NCBI GenBank assembly: GCA_035506535.1
Contig: DATJPE010000063.1
Location: 63,966 to 127,965, forward strand
Reading direction: 5' to 3'
DNA: 64,000 bases
From: Actinomycetes bacterium
Lineage (GTDB): Bacteria; Actinomycetota; Actinomycetes; DATJPE01
Below the pieces are notes generated by a model that was given only the letters and a program-made list of their open reading frames with translations, was not told the origin of the DNA and ran no database searches. This document shows, piece after piece, positions 35,268 to 45,521 of the stretch. Position numbers and translations under genes: made by a program. Within the stretch, counting starts at the first letter, position 1. Every line of letters begins with the position of its first letter.

Positions 35268-37253
35268 CTCGTCCTTCAGCGAAACGGACAACGCCCCGAG
35301 GCTCTCCGCGGTGAACAGCTTGTCGCGGACTTCCTCGCGGGCCTGGAGCGCGGCCTCGATCGCCTCGATCTGGGTCTTCGTGGCCGGCAGGTCGTACACC
35401 TCGCTGATGAACCGGGTGAGGTCGGGCCGGTAGTCGTGCGCCCAGGCCCGGTAGGCCCCCGGGATCTGCGCGTTCTTCATGTCGACCATGGACTGCAGGA
35501 ACGTCGTCAGCGGCCGCCACCGCATCCGGGCGGGGATCCCCCGCGGGCTCGCGCCGGGCACGACCTCGACCCGCGGCCGCTCGTCGCTCAGCCAGGCCGG
35601 GCGGGTGGCCACCAGGTCGGCGCCGAACTTCGTGACCCCGTCGTTGTCGTGGCTGACCATGACGTAGCGCAGCTTCTGCCGTCGCTCCTCCGGCATCGAC
35701 TCGACCTGGCCGAAGTCGTTGACCATCACGACGACGTCCGGGTCCACGTCGGGGCGGGGCGGGCCGGTGACCTCGTGCATCCAGCCGCTGCCGTACGGCG
35801 TCCCGATCCACAGTGCCCGCTCGATGCCGAGCGCCTGCGGCCCGAGCGTGCCCCAGTGCAGGAGCACGTCCTGGCTGGTGTGCGCGCCGAGGCTCTCCCC
35901 GAAGAGCACGACCTTGGGCCGGTGGGTGCGCCCGATGAGCCGCTCGCTGATCCGCAGCCACAGCAGGCGGTTCTGCTCGCGGGCATCCTTCACCTTGAAG
36001 AGCGAGAGCGGCGACGGGCGCTTGGAGTACTGCAGGGTCACCGTCGCGATGTCGCCGAGGGTCAGGTACTCCGCGGCCGCCGTGGCGCAGTAGTTGACGT
36101 AGCCGGTCCCGGTCGGGGAGATGAGCATGAGCACCGAGCGGTCCCACGCGCCGGTACGGTCCATCTCGGCCAGCGCGAGATCGACGCGTTCGGCAGCCGT
36201 GGGCGCGCTGTCCAGGCCGACGTACACCTGGACCGGCTCGGTCTTGGCCTCCTGGCCCATCACCGTCTCGATCGAGAGGTCGGGCAGCCCCGCGGGGCGG
36301 TCCTCGACCGGGCGGGGACGCACGTACGCGAACGCGTGCCGGCGTCCCTCGCGGCCGAGGGTGTCCCACGGGACGAGGCTGCCAGGTCCCCCGCTGACGT
36401 TCCCGCCGACCCATCGGGCTGCCACCGCGTCGTCGAGGATCGGCTCGATCCTCGACGTCCCCGCCTCGATCTTCGCCACCGTCCGGTTGAACAGCGCGGT
36501 TCCGCCAGCAGCGAGCCCGCCGAGGACCAGCGCGTGCCCCGCCGGACGCCACAGCCGAGACGAGCCGGGGAGGACGCTGGCCAACCCGGCGGCGATCGCG
36601 CGGACCAGCTCGTGCTCGCCGTAGGCGACGAGCGTGAGCGCGAGGCTGGCGCCGATCCCCGCCCCGACGGACTCGACCGGCTTGAGCGTCGTGGCTTCGC
36701 CGACCTCGATCTCCTCGGGCAGGCCCTGACGGCGGCGCGACTCGACGACGAAGGCGAGCAGCAGCCCGGCCGGGATCGCGACCGGCATCCTCGCGATCCG
36801 CCCGTTGGCGCCGAGCAGGCGGTCCAGGGTCTCGGTGCCGAGCTGGACGGCGGCGAAGGTCGCCCCGCCGACACCGGTGGCCGCTGTACGCCATGCTGAC
36901 TGCCGGAGCGCGCCGCGCGCCACGGCCTCGCCGGGTCGCTTGGGGATCGCCCGTTGTGCGAGCAGGCCGGCCGGGATCACCGCGAGGTCGAGCAGCATCG
37001 CGGCGTTACGCTGCCTTGCCTCGGCGCTCGCTCCTGGCACGGACTCCGCGAACAGCGAGGCGGCGGCCTCGATGGCGTCCTGGGTGCCAACCGTGAGGAC
37101 GTAGGTCAGCGTCGTGGCGAGCCCGGTGATGATGCCCTGGTCGACCAGGCTGCGGGGGACCAGAGACGGCTCGAAGGTTCCCGGTGTGACGGCCGCGGCC
37201 GCAAGAAGCCCCGTCTGCTCGCCCCGCCCGCTGAGACCGCTTCCGTTGGCCAT
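35250..37253 (-). CDS. Membrane-anchored alpha/beta-hydrolase family protein (Abhydrolase_9-like: N-terminal TM domain plus C-terminal GxSxG hydrolase)
   Basis: About 667 aa from ATG 37253 (GGGAGG RBS). It has an N-terminal polytopic region and a C-terminal lipase motif VLFGESLGAHTS. The upstream 113 codons are Arg/Gly-rich non-coding sequence. Confidence 0.55.
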   Translation of the reverse strand: MANGSGLSGRGEQTGLLAAAAVTPGTFEPSLVPRSLVDQGIITGLATTLTYVLTVGTQDAIEAAASLFAESVPGASAEARQRNAAMLLDLAVIPAGLLAQRAIPKRPGEAVARGALRQSAWRTAATGVGGATFAAVQLGTETLDRLLGANGRIARMPVAIPAGLLLAFVVESRRRQGLPEEIEVGEATTLKPVESVGAGIGASLALTLVAYGEHELVRAIAAGLASVLPGSSRLWRPAGHALVLGGLAAGGTALFNRTVAKIEAGTSRIEPILDDAVAARWVGGNVSGGPGSLVPWDTLGREGRRHAFAYVRPRPVEDRPAGLPDLSIETVMGQEAKTEPVQVYVGLDSAPTAAERVDLALAEMDRTGAWDRSVLMLISPTGTGYVNYCATAAAEYLTLGDIATVTLQYSKRPSPLSLFKVKDAREQNRLLWLRISERLIGRTHRPKVVLFGESLGAHTSQDVLLHWGTLGPQALGIERALWIGTPYGSGWMHEVTGPPRPDVDPDVVVMVNDFGQVESMPEERRQKLRYVMVSHDNDGVTKFGADLVATRPAWLSDERPRVEVVPGASPRGIPARMRWRPLTTFLQSMVDMKNAQIPGAYRAWAHDYRPDLTRFISEVYDLPATKTQIEAIEAALQAREEVRDKLFTAESLGALSVSLKDESEPGA

Positions 37254-37270
37254 GCCCAACCTCCCGCCCT

Positions 37271-37996
37271 TCAGCGCGACGCGGCGTCGCGTTCGCTGCC
37301 CGCCGGTCGCCTGGCCGAGCGAGCACCCTTGCGCCACGCTATCGCGACCCCCATCCCGTTGACTGCCCAGTGCAGACCCACGGGCGGGAGCAGGCTGTCG
37401 CTCCACAGACGCAGCCCGGCGAACAGGACGCCGGCGGCGGCGGTGAAGGCGACCGTGCCGGCGACGGCGACCGCCCGCCCACGGCGTCCTCCACCCGCGA
37501 GGGAGCCGAACGCCTCGTGCTCCGCATGCATGGTGCGGGCGGGGAGCACGTGCCAGAGGCCGAAGACCACCGAGCTGAGCGCCACGGCCCATCCCGTACC
37601 GACGTCACGCCGCAGCTCCGCGAGCAGCACGCCGCGGAAGGCGGTCTCCTCCAGCAGCACGGTGCCGAGGGGGATCGCGACGAGGACCCGCGCCGCGATC
37701 TGCCGCCCGGTCGAGGTCATCGCGCGGCGATCGGAGAACGCCGCGCCGAGGTGGGGGATCGAGGCGGCGACGACGTACCCGGCGATGACCAGCACGACCA
37801 GGACCGCGGCCCACAGCAGACCCTTGCCGATCGTGCCTTTGCCCAGGCCGAGGTCGGCCCTGGTCAGCCCGCTGCGCAGCCCAAGGGCGACGAGCACGCC
37901 GGCCGAGACCACGCAGACGGGGACGTACCAGCGCTGGGCCAGCAGGTTGGTCAGCAGGTTGGCGGCGACCAGCACCGCCAGCACGACGACCAGCAC
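37271..37996 (-). CDS. CPBP family intramembrane glutamic endopeptidase (CAAX protease-like)
   Basis: Motifs EETAFRG and FGLWH. Confidence 0.7.
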   Translation of the reverse strand: MLVVVLAVLVAANLLTNLLAQRWYVPVCVVSAGVLVALGLRSGLTRADLGLGKGTIGKGLLWAAVLVVLVIAGYVVAASIPHLGAAFSDRRAMTSTGRQIAARVLVAIPLGTVLLEETAFRGVLLAELRRDVGTGWAVALSSVVFGLWHVLPARTMHAEHEAFGSLAGGGRRGRAVAVAGTVAFTAAAGVLFAGLRLWSDSLLPPVGLHWAVNGMGVAIAWRKGARSARRPAGSERDAASR

Positions 37997-38036
37997 CCGT
38001 GGTCACCTCCCCGTCCGCCGCGGCCACCCCACCTTC

Positions 38037-38092
38037 TCGAATGAACGCGACATTCCTCCAATAGGACCGTAGGAACGCCGCGTTCATTCGAA
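38037..38092. repeat. Double-palindrome intergenic repeat, copy C
   Basis: TCGAATGAACGCGaCaTTC-CTCCAATAGGACCGTAG-GAACGCCGCGTTCATTCGAA. It lies between the CPBP protease start and the BBE oxidase stop. Confidence 0.8.
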
Positions 38093-38110
38093 GAGTAGGC
38101 AGCCCGCGGG

Positions 38111-39487
38111 TCAGGTGGTCGAGGGCGGGATGTTCTGGTTGTGCCGGAACATGTTCGTCGGGTCGTACCGGTCCTTGAGCGCCTGCAACCGGGCGAACTT
38201 CTCCGGTCCGAACGCCTCGCGGACGCGGTCGATGCCCTCGTCGCCGAGGTAGTTCAGGTACGCGCCCTGCCTGGTCCACGGCTTCATGCGGGCGCCGAAG
38301 TCCTTCACCCACCCGATCTGCTCGGCGTCCATCGACGGGTCGGGAGGCCACATGTTGAGCAGGTGGATGTTGAACGGCGCCTGGCGCTGACCGAACGCCA
38401 TCGCGTCGTTCTCGACGCGGGCGACCGCTCCGCCACCGGCGACCATCAGGCTCTGGGACAACGGCGACGTGTGGGTGTTGGCGACGGCGGCGAAGGTCTC
38501 GCACGCCTCGTCGGGCAGGTCCACGAAGTCCGACGTCCAGTAGTTGCGCATGCCCGGCGCGTTGGCCCCGTCGAGCATCTGCTGCACGGCGACGTAGGGC
38601 ATGGGCTGCACGAGGTTGACGGCAGGTGGCCCCCACTCCAGCAGCGGCCGCAGGACCTCCTGCCCCTTGTCCGGGTCCCCGACGTACACCACGACGAGGC
38701 CGATGACCGGATGCCCGCGCACCGGCTCAGGAACGAAGTCGGCTGGTGGCGCGGAGATGAACGCGATGGCGGAGTTCACCTCGTCCGGGGCGACGAGCAT
38801 GAAGTCACGCCAGAACTTCAGCAGGTCGGCGCCGCGCGGCGCCGGGTGGAGGACCAGCCCGGCGAGGAGCAGCGGCGGGATCGCACGCAGGGTGAACTCG
38901 AAATCCGTGACCACACCGAAGTTGCCGCTTCCGCCCCGCAGACCCCAGAACAGCTCGGCGTTCTCCGACTCGCTGGCACGGACCACGGTGCCGTCGGCGA
39001 CGACGACCTCGCAGCTCGTGAGGCTGTCGCAGGTCAGACCGTACGTCCGCTCGAGCCAGCCGCTCCCGGAGCCGAGCGTCAGCCCGCCGACGCCAGTACT
39101 ACCGACCCGCCCGCCGGTGACGGCGAGACCATGAGCAGTGGTGGCTGCGTCGACGACCCGCCAGGTCGCACCGCCTTGCACATGCGCGGTGCTGGTGACC
39201 GGGTCGACATCGACGCCGTCGAGAGGGCGGAGGTCGATGACGACGCCGCCGTCGTTGACGCCCGCACCGGTGACGCTGTGGCCACCGCCGTAGACGGACA
39301 CGTCCGCACCGCCGTCGCGCGCGACGTTGACCGCCGCGACGACGTCCGCCGTCGAGGCACAGCGCAGGATCGCGGCCGGCCGTCTGTCGACCATGCCGTT
39401 GAAGACGTGACGAAGCTCGTCGTAGTCCGCGTCCCCCGGTCGGACGACGGCCCCGCCGAAGCCGGCGAGGTCGAGGGTTGAGGTCAT
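38111..39487 (-). CDS. FAD-binding oxidoreductase, berberine-bridge-enzyme-like (FAD_binding_4 plus BBE domain)
   Basis: 458 aa. FAD-binding PCMH motifs are present, and the C-terminal ...YLNYLGDEG...LKDRYDPTNMFRHNQNIPP is a BBE domain. Confidence 0.75.
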   Translation of the reverse strand: MTSTLDLAGFGGAVVRPGDADYDELRHVFNGMVDRRPAAILRCASTADVVAAVNVARDGGADVSVYGGGHSVTGAGVNDGGVVIDLRPLDGVDVDPVTSTAHVQGGATWRVVDAATTAHGLAVTGGRVGSTGVGGLTLGSGSGWLERTYGLTCDSLTSCEVVVADGTVVRASESENAELFWGLRGGSGNFGVVTDFEFTLRAIPPLLLAGLVLHPAPRGADLLKFWRDFMLVAPDEVNSAIAFISAPPADFVPEPVRGHPVIGLVVVYVGDPDKGQEVLRPLLEWGPPAVNLVQPMPYVAVQQMLDGANAPGMRNYWTSDFVDLPDEACETFAAVANTHTSPLSQSLMVAGGGAVARVENDAMAFGQRQAPFNIHLLNMWPPDPSMDAEQIGWVKDFGARMKPWTRQGAYLNYLGDEGIDRVREAFGPEKFARLQALKDRYDPTNMFRHNQNIPPSTT

Positions 39488-39597
39488 GCGTGCCCCCTTC
39501 GCTAGGTCGGGGCTCGCCGCGGCGGACTAGAGCGCGCGGGCTGGCACGACCGTAGTGCCCGCCGTCACCCTGAGGCCAGAGCCGCCCCACCCTCTCC

Positions 39598-39652
39598 TGC
39601 AATGAACACGGCGTTGTGCCACTAGGCGGGCAACTACGCCGCGTTCATTGCA
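39598..39652. repeat. Double-palindrome intergenic repeat, copy D (variant core GTGCCACTAGGCGGGCAAC)
   Basis: TGCAATGAACaCGGCGTTG-tgccactaggcgggc-AACtACGCCGCGTTCATTGCA. It has the same arms but a different loop from copies A, C and F. It overlaps the 3' end of the GH32 gene. Confidence 0.75.
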
Positions 39653-40814
39653 ACGGGAAGGGGAGGCCGACTACGGCGTTGCCGGTGCAGACCTCGAGCA
39701 CGGGGCCGTCGACGAGCACGTCGACCGGCCCGGCGGGGTCCGGCACGTCCACGTCGTGCCCCGGAGCCGAGACGCGCACCGACGCCGGCCCCACGGTGAC
39801 GGACACGGTCTCGTCGAGACGTGCCTCCGCTTCCAGCTCGTCAGTCGCGATCCGCCAGTGGCGGACACCCGGGCGCGCCGACCGGAGGGGTTCGCTCACC
39901 GACGGGTGCGGCTCCAGGTGGACCCGTCCGTCCACCAGCGACATCCGGTACGGGATGCTCAGCGCGCCCGTCCACCGTCCACCCGGGTCGGCGACGCCGC
40001 GGATCCAGAACATGAGCGCGGGTCGGCCCTCGGCGTCGGTGAAGGCGGCAGGTGCGTAGTGACCCGGGCCGTACGTCAGCTGCTGCCAACGCTCCACGTC
40101 CAGCCGGCCCTCGGCGTAGGTACCGACGGCCGCGAGCACGTTCAGGTTCACGTTCGGCTGCCACGCGGACACGATCATCACGCACCGCTCGCCGAGATCG
40201 ACCAGCTGCGGGCACTCCCAGGCCTCGCCCGATGCCAGGCCGCCCGTCGGGCTGGTCCGCGAGCTGGCCAGCACCCCGTCGTAGGTCCACCCAGACAGAT
40301 CCGCGGACGTGTAGCTCACCGCCGCCGCGGTCCCGTCGCTGAGTCCGGCGCCGACGAACATCCGCCAGTGGTCGGCCTCGCGACGAACGACCGGGTCGCG
40401 GAACACGCGGATCCCTTCGCCCTGCGGAGCACGTACGACGGTGCCGGCTCTCTCCCACCGCTGCCACTCGGCGTCGACGGCACGGGCCGTGCGGATCTCG
40501 CCGATGTCGAAGGCGGGGCCTCGCACCGAGGTATAGAAGATCGTCGGCTCGCCGGTGACCGGATCAGGGACCAAGGTCCCCGACCAGCACCCGTCCTCGT
40601 CGTCACCTGGGACGAGCACCGACCCGTGATGGGTCCAGGTCACCAGGTCGGGACTGGTGGCATGACCCCACTGACAGCGAGGGTTCCAGTGGCTCTCGCC
40701 CGGAAGCGATTGGTAGAACAGCTCGTAGTGGCCGTCGCGATAGGTGATGCCGAGCGGGTCGTTGAGCCATCCGTGCGGCGCCGTGAGGTGCAGCGCCGGC
40801 CGTGCCTCGTGCAT
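39645..40814 (-). CDS. Glycoside hydrolase family 32 (beta-fructofuranosidase / levanase-like)
   Basis: The N-terminal motif HLTAPHGWLNDPLG (WMNDPNG type) and the RDP and EC motifs (FRDPVV, WECP) are present. The start is assigned to ATG 40814. Confidence 0.7.
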   Translation of the reverse strand: MHEARPALHLTAPHGWLNDPLGITYRDGHYELFYQSLPGESHWNPRCQWGHATSPDLVTWTHHGSVLVPGDDEDGCWSGTLVPDPVTGEPTIFYTSVRGPAFDIGEIRTARAVDAEWQRWERAGTVVRAPQGEGIRVFRDPVVRREADHWRMFVGAGLSDGTAAAVSYTSADLSGWTYDGVLASSRTSPTGGLASGEAWECPQLVDLGERCVMIVSAWQPNVNLNVLAAVGTYAEGRLDVERWQQLTYGPGHYAPAAFTDAEGRPALMFWIRGVADPGGRWTGALSIPYRMSLVDGRVHLEPHPSVSEPLRSARPGVRHWRIATDELEAEARLDETVSVTVGPASVRVSAPGHDVDVPDPAGPVDVLVDGPVLEVCTGNAVVGLPFPLQ

Positions 40815-41007
40815 CGACGGTTCGAGTGCCGACCCATCGACGTCCGATCCGGCCAGCGCCCTCACCCTCCCTCTCACGCGTCGGCCACGATAGCCAGGCG
40901 CGCGAGTCCCGTTCAGCCGGATGTGCCACGTCGACCCTGCACCCTCACGACGCGACGTACCGATCACGCCTGGTGCTTCCGTTCACCACGCGTACGGTGA
41001 AGTGCTC

Positions 41008-42462
41008 CTAGGCCGGCTTGGCCGACCCTCTCCCTCTGCCGCGACTGCCGCCGCGCCGGCCTGCCGAGAACTCGGCCACGGACATGGTCGGTACCCGCGG
41101 AGCCTCCGTACGTCCTCGGTCGTTCGCCCCGGACGGTCGAGACGCTGACTTGCTCTGCACCCCATGCTTGGCGACGCCATGTCCGCGTCGGCGCGGCCCC
41201 TCGGAGGCACTGCCACGGTTACGGCCCTCGTTCCGCCGGGGCTCGCGCGGCAGCGGCAGCGGGGCTACGAGGTCGGCGCGAGGACCGGTGAGCGCGACCA
41301 CCTCGCGCGATCCGGGAGTCACGGTGCGCAGCGTGGGCGTGATCCCGGCTCTGCGGGTCATCGAGGCGACCTCCGCACGCTGGGAAGTGGTCTGCACCGT
41401 CACCACGACCCCGCTGGCGCCCGCACGCCCGGTACGGCCGGAACGATGCAGATAGGCCTTGTGCTCCACCGGGGGATCGACGTGCACGACGAGCGCGACG
41501 TCGTCGACGTGGATCCCGCGGGCAGCCACGTCGGTCGCGACCAGCACGCGCACCCGGCCGTCCCTGAAGAGCGCGAGGTTGCGGTCACGGGCGGCCTGGC
41601 TCAGGTTGCCATGGAGGTCGACCGCGGGTACGCCCGACTGGGTCAGGTCCCGCGCCAGCTTGCGCGCGGAGTGCTTGGTACGCGTGAACAGAACCGTGCG
41701 ATCCCGACCCGACGCGAGCTCGGTCACGATGCTCGGCTTGTCCGAGGCCGCCACCGTCAGGACGTGGTGCTCGATGTCGAGCTGCGTGCGGGCATCACCG
41801 TCCACCGAGTGACGGACCGGGTCGCTGAGGTAGCGCCTCACCAGGACGTCCACCCCGTTGTCCAGTGTCGCCGAGAACAGCAGACGCTGGCCATGACGGT
41901 CGGTCGCGTCCAGGATGCGCCGAACCGCTGGGAGGAAGCCGAGGTCGGCCATGTGATCGGCTTCGTCGACCACCGTGACGGCGACGGCATCGAGGTGCAC
42001 GCAGCGTTGCCGCATCAGGTCCTCGAGCCGGCCCGGGCAGGCGATCAGTACGTCGACGCCTCGGGTGAGGGCGCTCACCTGGGGGCGCTGGCTGACGCCG
42101 CCGAAGATCGTGGTGGTCGTGAGGCCCATCGCCGCCGCCAGCGGGGCCATCGCTGTCTGAACCTGAGTGGCGAGCTCCCGTGTGGGGACGAGAACGAGAC
42201 CGTGCGGGTGCCCGGCGGAGGATCGGGACGGCATCGCCGCGATCCGAGTCAGCAGCGGGATCGAGAACGCGAGGGTCTTCCCGCTGCCGGTCCGGCCGCG
42301 GCCGAGCACGTCGCGGCCGGCGAGTGCGTCAGGCAGCGTGGCCACTTGGATCGGGAATGCGGAGGTGATGCCTTGCGCCGAGAGAACGTCGACCAGCCGG
42401 GCTGGTACGCCCAGGTCGGCGAAGTCGGGCAGGACGGTGATGGTGGCGGGGTCGAGCCCCAT
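41008..42462 (-). CDS. DEAD-box ATP-dependent RNA helicase with an Arg/Gly-rich C-terminal tail
   Basis: 484 aa from ATG 42462 (GGAGAGG RBS). It has the Q motif, Walker A GRTGSGKT, DEAD (VVDEADHM), SAT and HRSGRTGRAG motifs. Confidence 0.85.
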   Translation of the reverse strand: MGLDPATITVLPDFADLGVPARLVDVLSAQGITSAFPIQVATLPDALAGRDVLGRGRTGSGKTLAFSIPLLTRIAAMPSRSSAGHPHGLVLVPTRELATQVQTAMAPLAAAMGLTTTTIFGGVSQRPQVSALTRGVDVLIACPGRLEDLMRQRCVHLDAVAVTVVDEADHMADLGFLPAVRRILDATDRHGQRLLFSATLDNGVDVLVRRYLSDPVRHSVDGDARTQLDIEHHVLTVAASDKPSIVTELASGRDRTVLFTRTKHSARKLARDLTQSGVPAVDLHGNLSQAARDRNLALFRDGRVRVLVATDVAARGIHVDDVALVVHVDPPVEHKAYLHRSGRTGRAGASGVVVTVQTTSQRAEVASMTRRAGITPTLRTVTPGSREVVALTGPRADLVAPLPLPREPRRNEGRNRGSASEGPRRRGHGVAKHGVQSKSASRPSGANDRGRTEAPRVPTMSVAEFSAGRRGGSRGRGRGSAKPA

Positions 42463-42989
42463 GATGATGCCTCTCCGAGGTGGAAGTCGGTGCTGTTCGC
42501 GGCGGACAGCAGACGGCCAATGCCGTCCCCAGTCCAGATCGCGGCCAGAGCCTGGTGCACGTCCCGTTCGGGGGCACCGCGCCCGGTCACTGAGCCGGAA
42601 GCCCGAGGCTGCACCTGCTGCGCTACCTCGGCAAGTTCGTGGTTCGCCGGTGGGTCCAGTGCTACCCATCACCCGGCGACGACAACGATTCTATCGCACC
42701 TGCATCACCGGCTGCCTCTGGGGGCGAGCCCTACATCCTTCGAGGAGGAGCCCTCAGCCTCAGCCTCAGCCTCGGTGGCCCAGGTCCATCGCGTCCACGG
42801 CGCGAGCCGGTCCGACGGCACGCCTGTCGCAGTGAAGGTGTCGGACGTCGGAAAGGCGTCCAAGGGTGCCGGGGCTCGTCGCCGCTGAGAACTCCGGCGA
42901 GCCGGCCCTGCACGTGAGGATCAGGCGCCTTGCGGGCCGGAAGCCGTTCCGCTGATGAGGAGACGGGCTGCGGCATGCAGTGGCTCTTG

Positions 42990-43062
42990 CGCGCCCGAAG
43001 GGATTCGAACCCCCAACCTTCTGATCCGTAGTCAGATGCTCTATCCGTTGAGCTACGGGCGC
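42990..43062 (-). tRNA. tRNA-Arg (anticodon ACG)
   Basis: Reverse complement: GCGCCCGTAGCTCAACGGATAGAGCATCTGACTACGGATCAGAAGGTTGGGGGTTCGAATCCCTTCGGGCGCG. The cloverleaf has anticodon ACG. CCA is not encoded. Confidence 0.85.
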
Positions 43063-43194
43063 AGCGCCGGGTACGTCCTACTCGGCGGGAAGCGCCAGTG
43101 TAGCCGCCGACGTACCCCGGCCCGTAACCGAGATCATCAGCGACCGCGGGCCCCCGGTAGTGCCGCGAACGGGTGCGGGCGCGACGATGGCCCC

Positions 43195-44157
43195 ATGCGT
43201 GTCGTGATCGCCGCCCGCCACGGCGGGCCAGAGGTGCTCGAGATCCAGGACCGCCCGACGCCCACCCCGGGCTCGGGCGAGGTGCTCGTCGACGTACGGG
43301 CCGCCGGTGTCAACTTCACCGACGTCTACACCCGTACCGGTGTGTACGGCTCCGAGATGCCGACCGTCATGGGCCAGGAGGGCGCTGGCGTCGTCGCGGC
43401 GGTCGGCCCCGACGTCACCGACCTCGCCGTCGGCGACCGCGTGGCCTGGACGTCGGCACCCGGCAGCTACGCCGACCAGGTCGTCGTGCAGGCAGCCGCC
43501 GCAGTACCCGTGCCGGCGGGGCTCGGGGACGACGTCGCGGCCGGTGCGCTGCTGCAGGGGATGACCGCGCACTACCTGCTCAACTCGACGTACGCGGTCG
43601 AGCCCGGGGACACCATCCTCGTCCACGCCGCAGCCGGCGGGGTCGGGCTGCTCCTCGTCCAGATGGCCAAGGCCAAGGGCGCCCGGGTGATCGCCACGGT
43701 GTCCACCGACGGGAAGGAGCGGCTGGCCCGCGAGGCGGGAGCCGACGAGGTCCTGCGCTACGAGGGGTTCGCGGAGCGCGTACGCGCCCTGACCGGTGGC
43801 GAGGGCGTCCCCGTCGTCTACGACAGCGTCGGTGCCGCGACCTTCGACGGCAGCCTCGCCAGCGTGCGTACCCGCGGCTTGCTCGTCATGTTCGGCCAGT
43901 CCAGCGGGGTCGTGCCGCCCTTCGAGCTGCGGCGGCTGATGAACTCCGGGTCGCTGTACCTCACCCGTCCGACCCTCGGGCACTACATCGCGACCACCGA
44001 GGAGCTGCGCGAGCGGGCGTCGGCGGTCTTCGGCGGCATCCTCGACGGGTCGCTGTCGCTGCGGATCGGGGGCCGGTACGCCCTCACGGACGCGGCGGAC
44101 GCCCACCGCGACCTCGAAGGCCGACGCACGACGGGCAAGCTGCTGCTCATCCCCTGA
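43195..44157 (+). CDS. NADPH:quinone oxidoreductase (zeta-crystallin-like, MDR superfamily)
   Basis: 320 aa from ATG 43195. It has the ADH_N/ADH_zinc_N fold with AAGGVGLLLVQMAKAKGARV. Confidence 0.8.
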   Translation: MRVVIAARHGGPEVLEIQDRPTPTPGSGEVLVDVRAAGVNFTDVYTRTGVYGSEMPTVMGQEGAGVVAAVGPDVTDLAVGDRVAWTSAPGSYADQVVVQAAAAVPVPAGLGDDVAAGALLQGMTAHYLLNSTYAVEPGDTILVHAAAGGVGLLLVQMAKAKGARVIATVSTDGKERLAREAGADEVLRYEGFAERVRALTGGEGVPVVYDSVGAATFDGSLASVRTRGLLVMFGQSSGVVPPFELRRLMNSGSLYLTRPTLGHYIATTEELRERASAVFGGILDGSLSLRIGGRYALTDAADAHRDLEGRRTTGKLLLIP

Positions 44158-44267
44158 CCGGGCGTCCCCGCAACAGGGTCGCTCGTCCCTTGCGGGACGT
44201 ACCGCTCAGCGCCACGATCGGGCCGACCGCCGGAGCGACCGGACCAGCGTCTCGAAGGAGCACGCCC

Positions 44268-44474
44268 ATGAGCGTCTATCGCGTCACCGAGCTGATCGGC
44301 ACCAGCACCACCTCGTGGGAGGACGCCGCGGCCGGCGCCATCAAGACCGCGCAGCAGACCTTGCGCGACCTGCGGGTGGCCGAGGTCGTCGCGCAGGACG
44401 TCACCATCGACGACGCCGGCACCCTCACCTACCGCACGAAGGTGCGCCTGTCCTTCAAGTACGAAGCCTCCTGA
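44268..44474 (+). CDS. Dodecin (small flavin-binding protein)
   Basis: 68 aa. MSVYRVTELIGTSTTSWEDAAAGAIKTAQQTLRDLRVAEVVAQDVTIDDAGTLTYRTKVRLSFKYEAS aligns along its full length with mycobacterial dodecin (the YRV.E..GTS....A...A. pattern). Confidence 0.7.
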   Translation: MSVYRVTELIGTSTTSWEDAAAGAIKTAQQTLRDLRVAEVVAQDVTIDDAGTLTYRTKVRLSFKYEAS

Positions 44475-44489
44475 GGCCGCGCGCCCTGC

Positions 44490-45521
44490 CTACCCGGCCG
44501 AACCGCCGGCGCGGAGGTCGGAGACCACCTGGTCGACGACGTCCGCGTCGAGCTCCGCCGGGGTGTACAGGGAGATACGCGTCATGACGTCGCCGTAGCG
44601 GCGCAGCAGCTCGCCGGCGACGCGGTCCGGCTCGGCCACGACGCAGAACGCGTTCAGGACGTCGTCGTCGATCGCCTCGCCCATCTCTCGCCAGCGGCCC
44701 GCGACCGACATCGCGTGCAGCTCGTCGGACAGCCCGCCCCAGCCGTGGGCCTCGAGGACCGGGCGGTACGCCGGCGTCGAGGCATAGAACGCGATCTGCT
44801 CGCGCACGCCGCGGCAGGCGCGGGCGATCTGCTCCTCGTCGCGACCGGTGGCCACGAACGGCGCCCCGACCACGTCGAAGCCGGCGAGCCCGTCGGTACG
44901 CCCGGCGGCGGCGCGGCCCTCCTCCAGGGCCGGCACGGTCACGGTTCGCAGGTACGTCTCGGTCGTGAAGCCGTGGCACAGGAACCCGTCGGCCACCTCG
45001 CCGGCGACCCGCGTCATCACCTCGCCGACGCCGGCGAGGAGGACCCGCGGAGCGCCGTACGGGTTGGGACCGGGCGAGAAGAACGGTGTCATCAGCGTGT
45101 GGGAGTAGTACTCGCCGCGGAAGTCGAGCGGGGTGTTGGTGTTCCAGCAGTCCCAGATCGCGCGCATGGCGAGGATGTACTCGCGCATGCGGGGGGCCGG
45201 GTGCGACCAGGGCATGCTGAAGCGCCGGCTGATGTGGGCCTTGATCTGAGAGCCGAGCCCGAGCAGGAGGCGGCCGCGCGAGAGCAGCTGGACGTCGTTG
45301 GCCGCGACCGCCGTCGTCATCGGGTTGCGGGCGAACGCCACCGTGATGGCGGTGCCCACCTCGATCGTGTCGGTCGCCGAGGCCGCGAGGGAGACGGCGA
45401 TGAACGGGTCGTGCTTGGTCTCGCTCGTCCACACCGCCGCGTAGCCGGCGTGCTCGGCACCGACCGCGACCGCGCGCGTGTCGACCGGGCCTTCCGGGTT
45501 GAACGTCGCGTCGACCTTCAC
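44490..45521 (-). CDS. Luciferase-like monooxygenase (LLM) class F420-dependent oxidoreductase
   Basis: About 343 aa from GTG near 45521 (VKVDATFNPEG...). It has the TIM-barrel LLM fold, and its neighbours are other F420 genes. Confidence 0.7.
   Translation of the reverse strand: MKVDATFNPEGPVDTRAVAVGAEHAGYAAVWTSETKHDPFIAVSLAASATDTIEVGTAITVAFARNPMTTAVAANDVQLLSRGRLLLGLGSQIKAHISRRFSMPWSHPAPRMREYILAMRAIWDCWNTNTPLDFRGEYYSHTLMTPFFSPGPNPYGAPRVLLAGVGEVMTRVAGEVADGFLCHGFTTETYLRTVTVPALEEGRAAAGRTDGLAGFDVVGAPFVATGRDEEQIARACRGVREQIAFYASTPAYRPVLEAHGWGGLSDELHAMSVAGRWREMGEAIDDDVLNAFCVVAEPDRVAGELLRRYGDVMTRISLYTPAELDADVVDQVVSDLRAGGSAG

Noticed and set aside
35436-36899. 487-aa plus-strand ORF
   Set aside because: It is antisense to the Abhydrolase_9-like gene and has low-complexity composition.
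42990-43062. Genomic island or integrated element at the tRNA-Arg or tRNA-Ser genes
   Set aside because: There is no integrase, recombinase, direct repeat of the tRNA 3' end, or atypical-GC block adjacent to any of the three tRNAs. The flanking genes are ordinary core metabolism.
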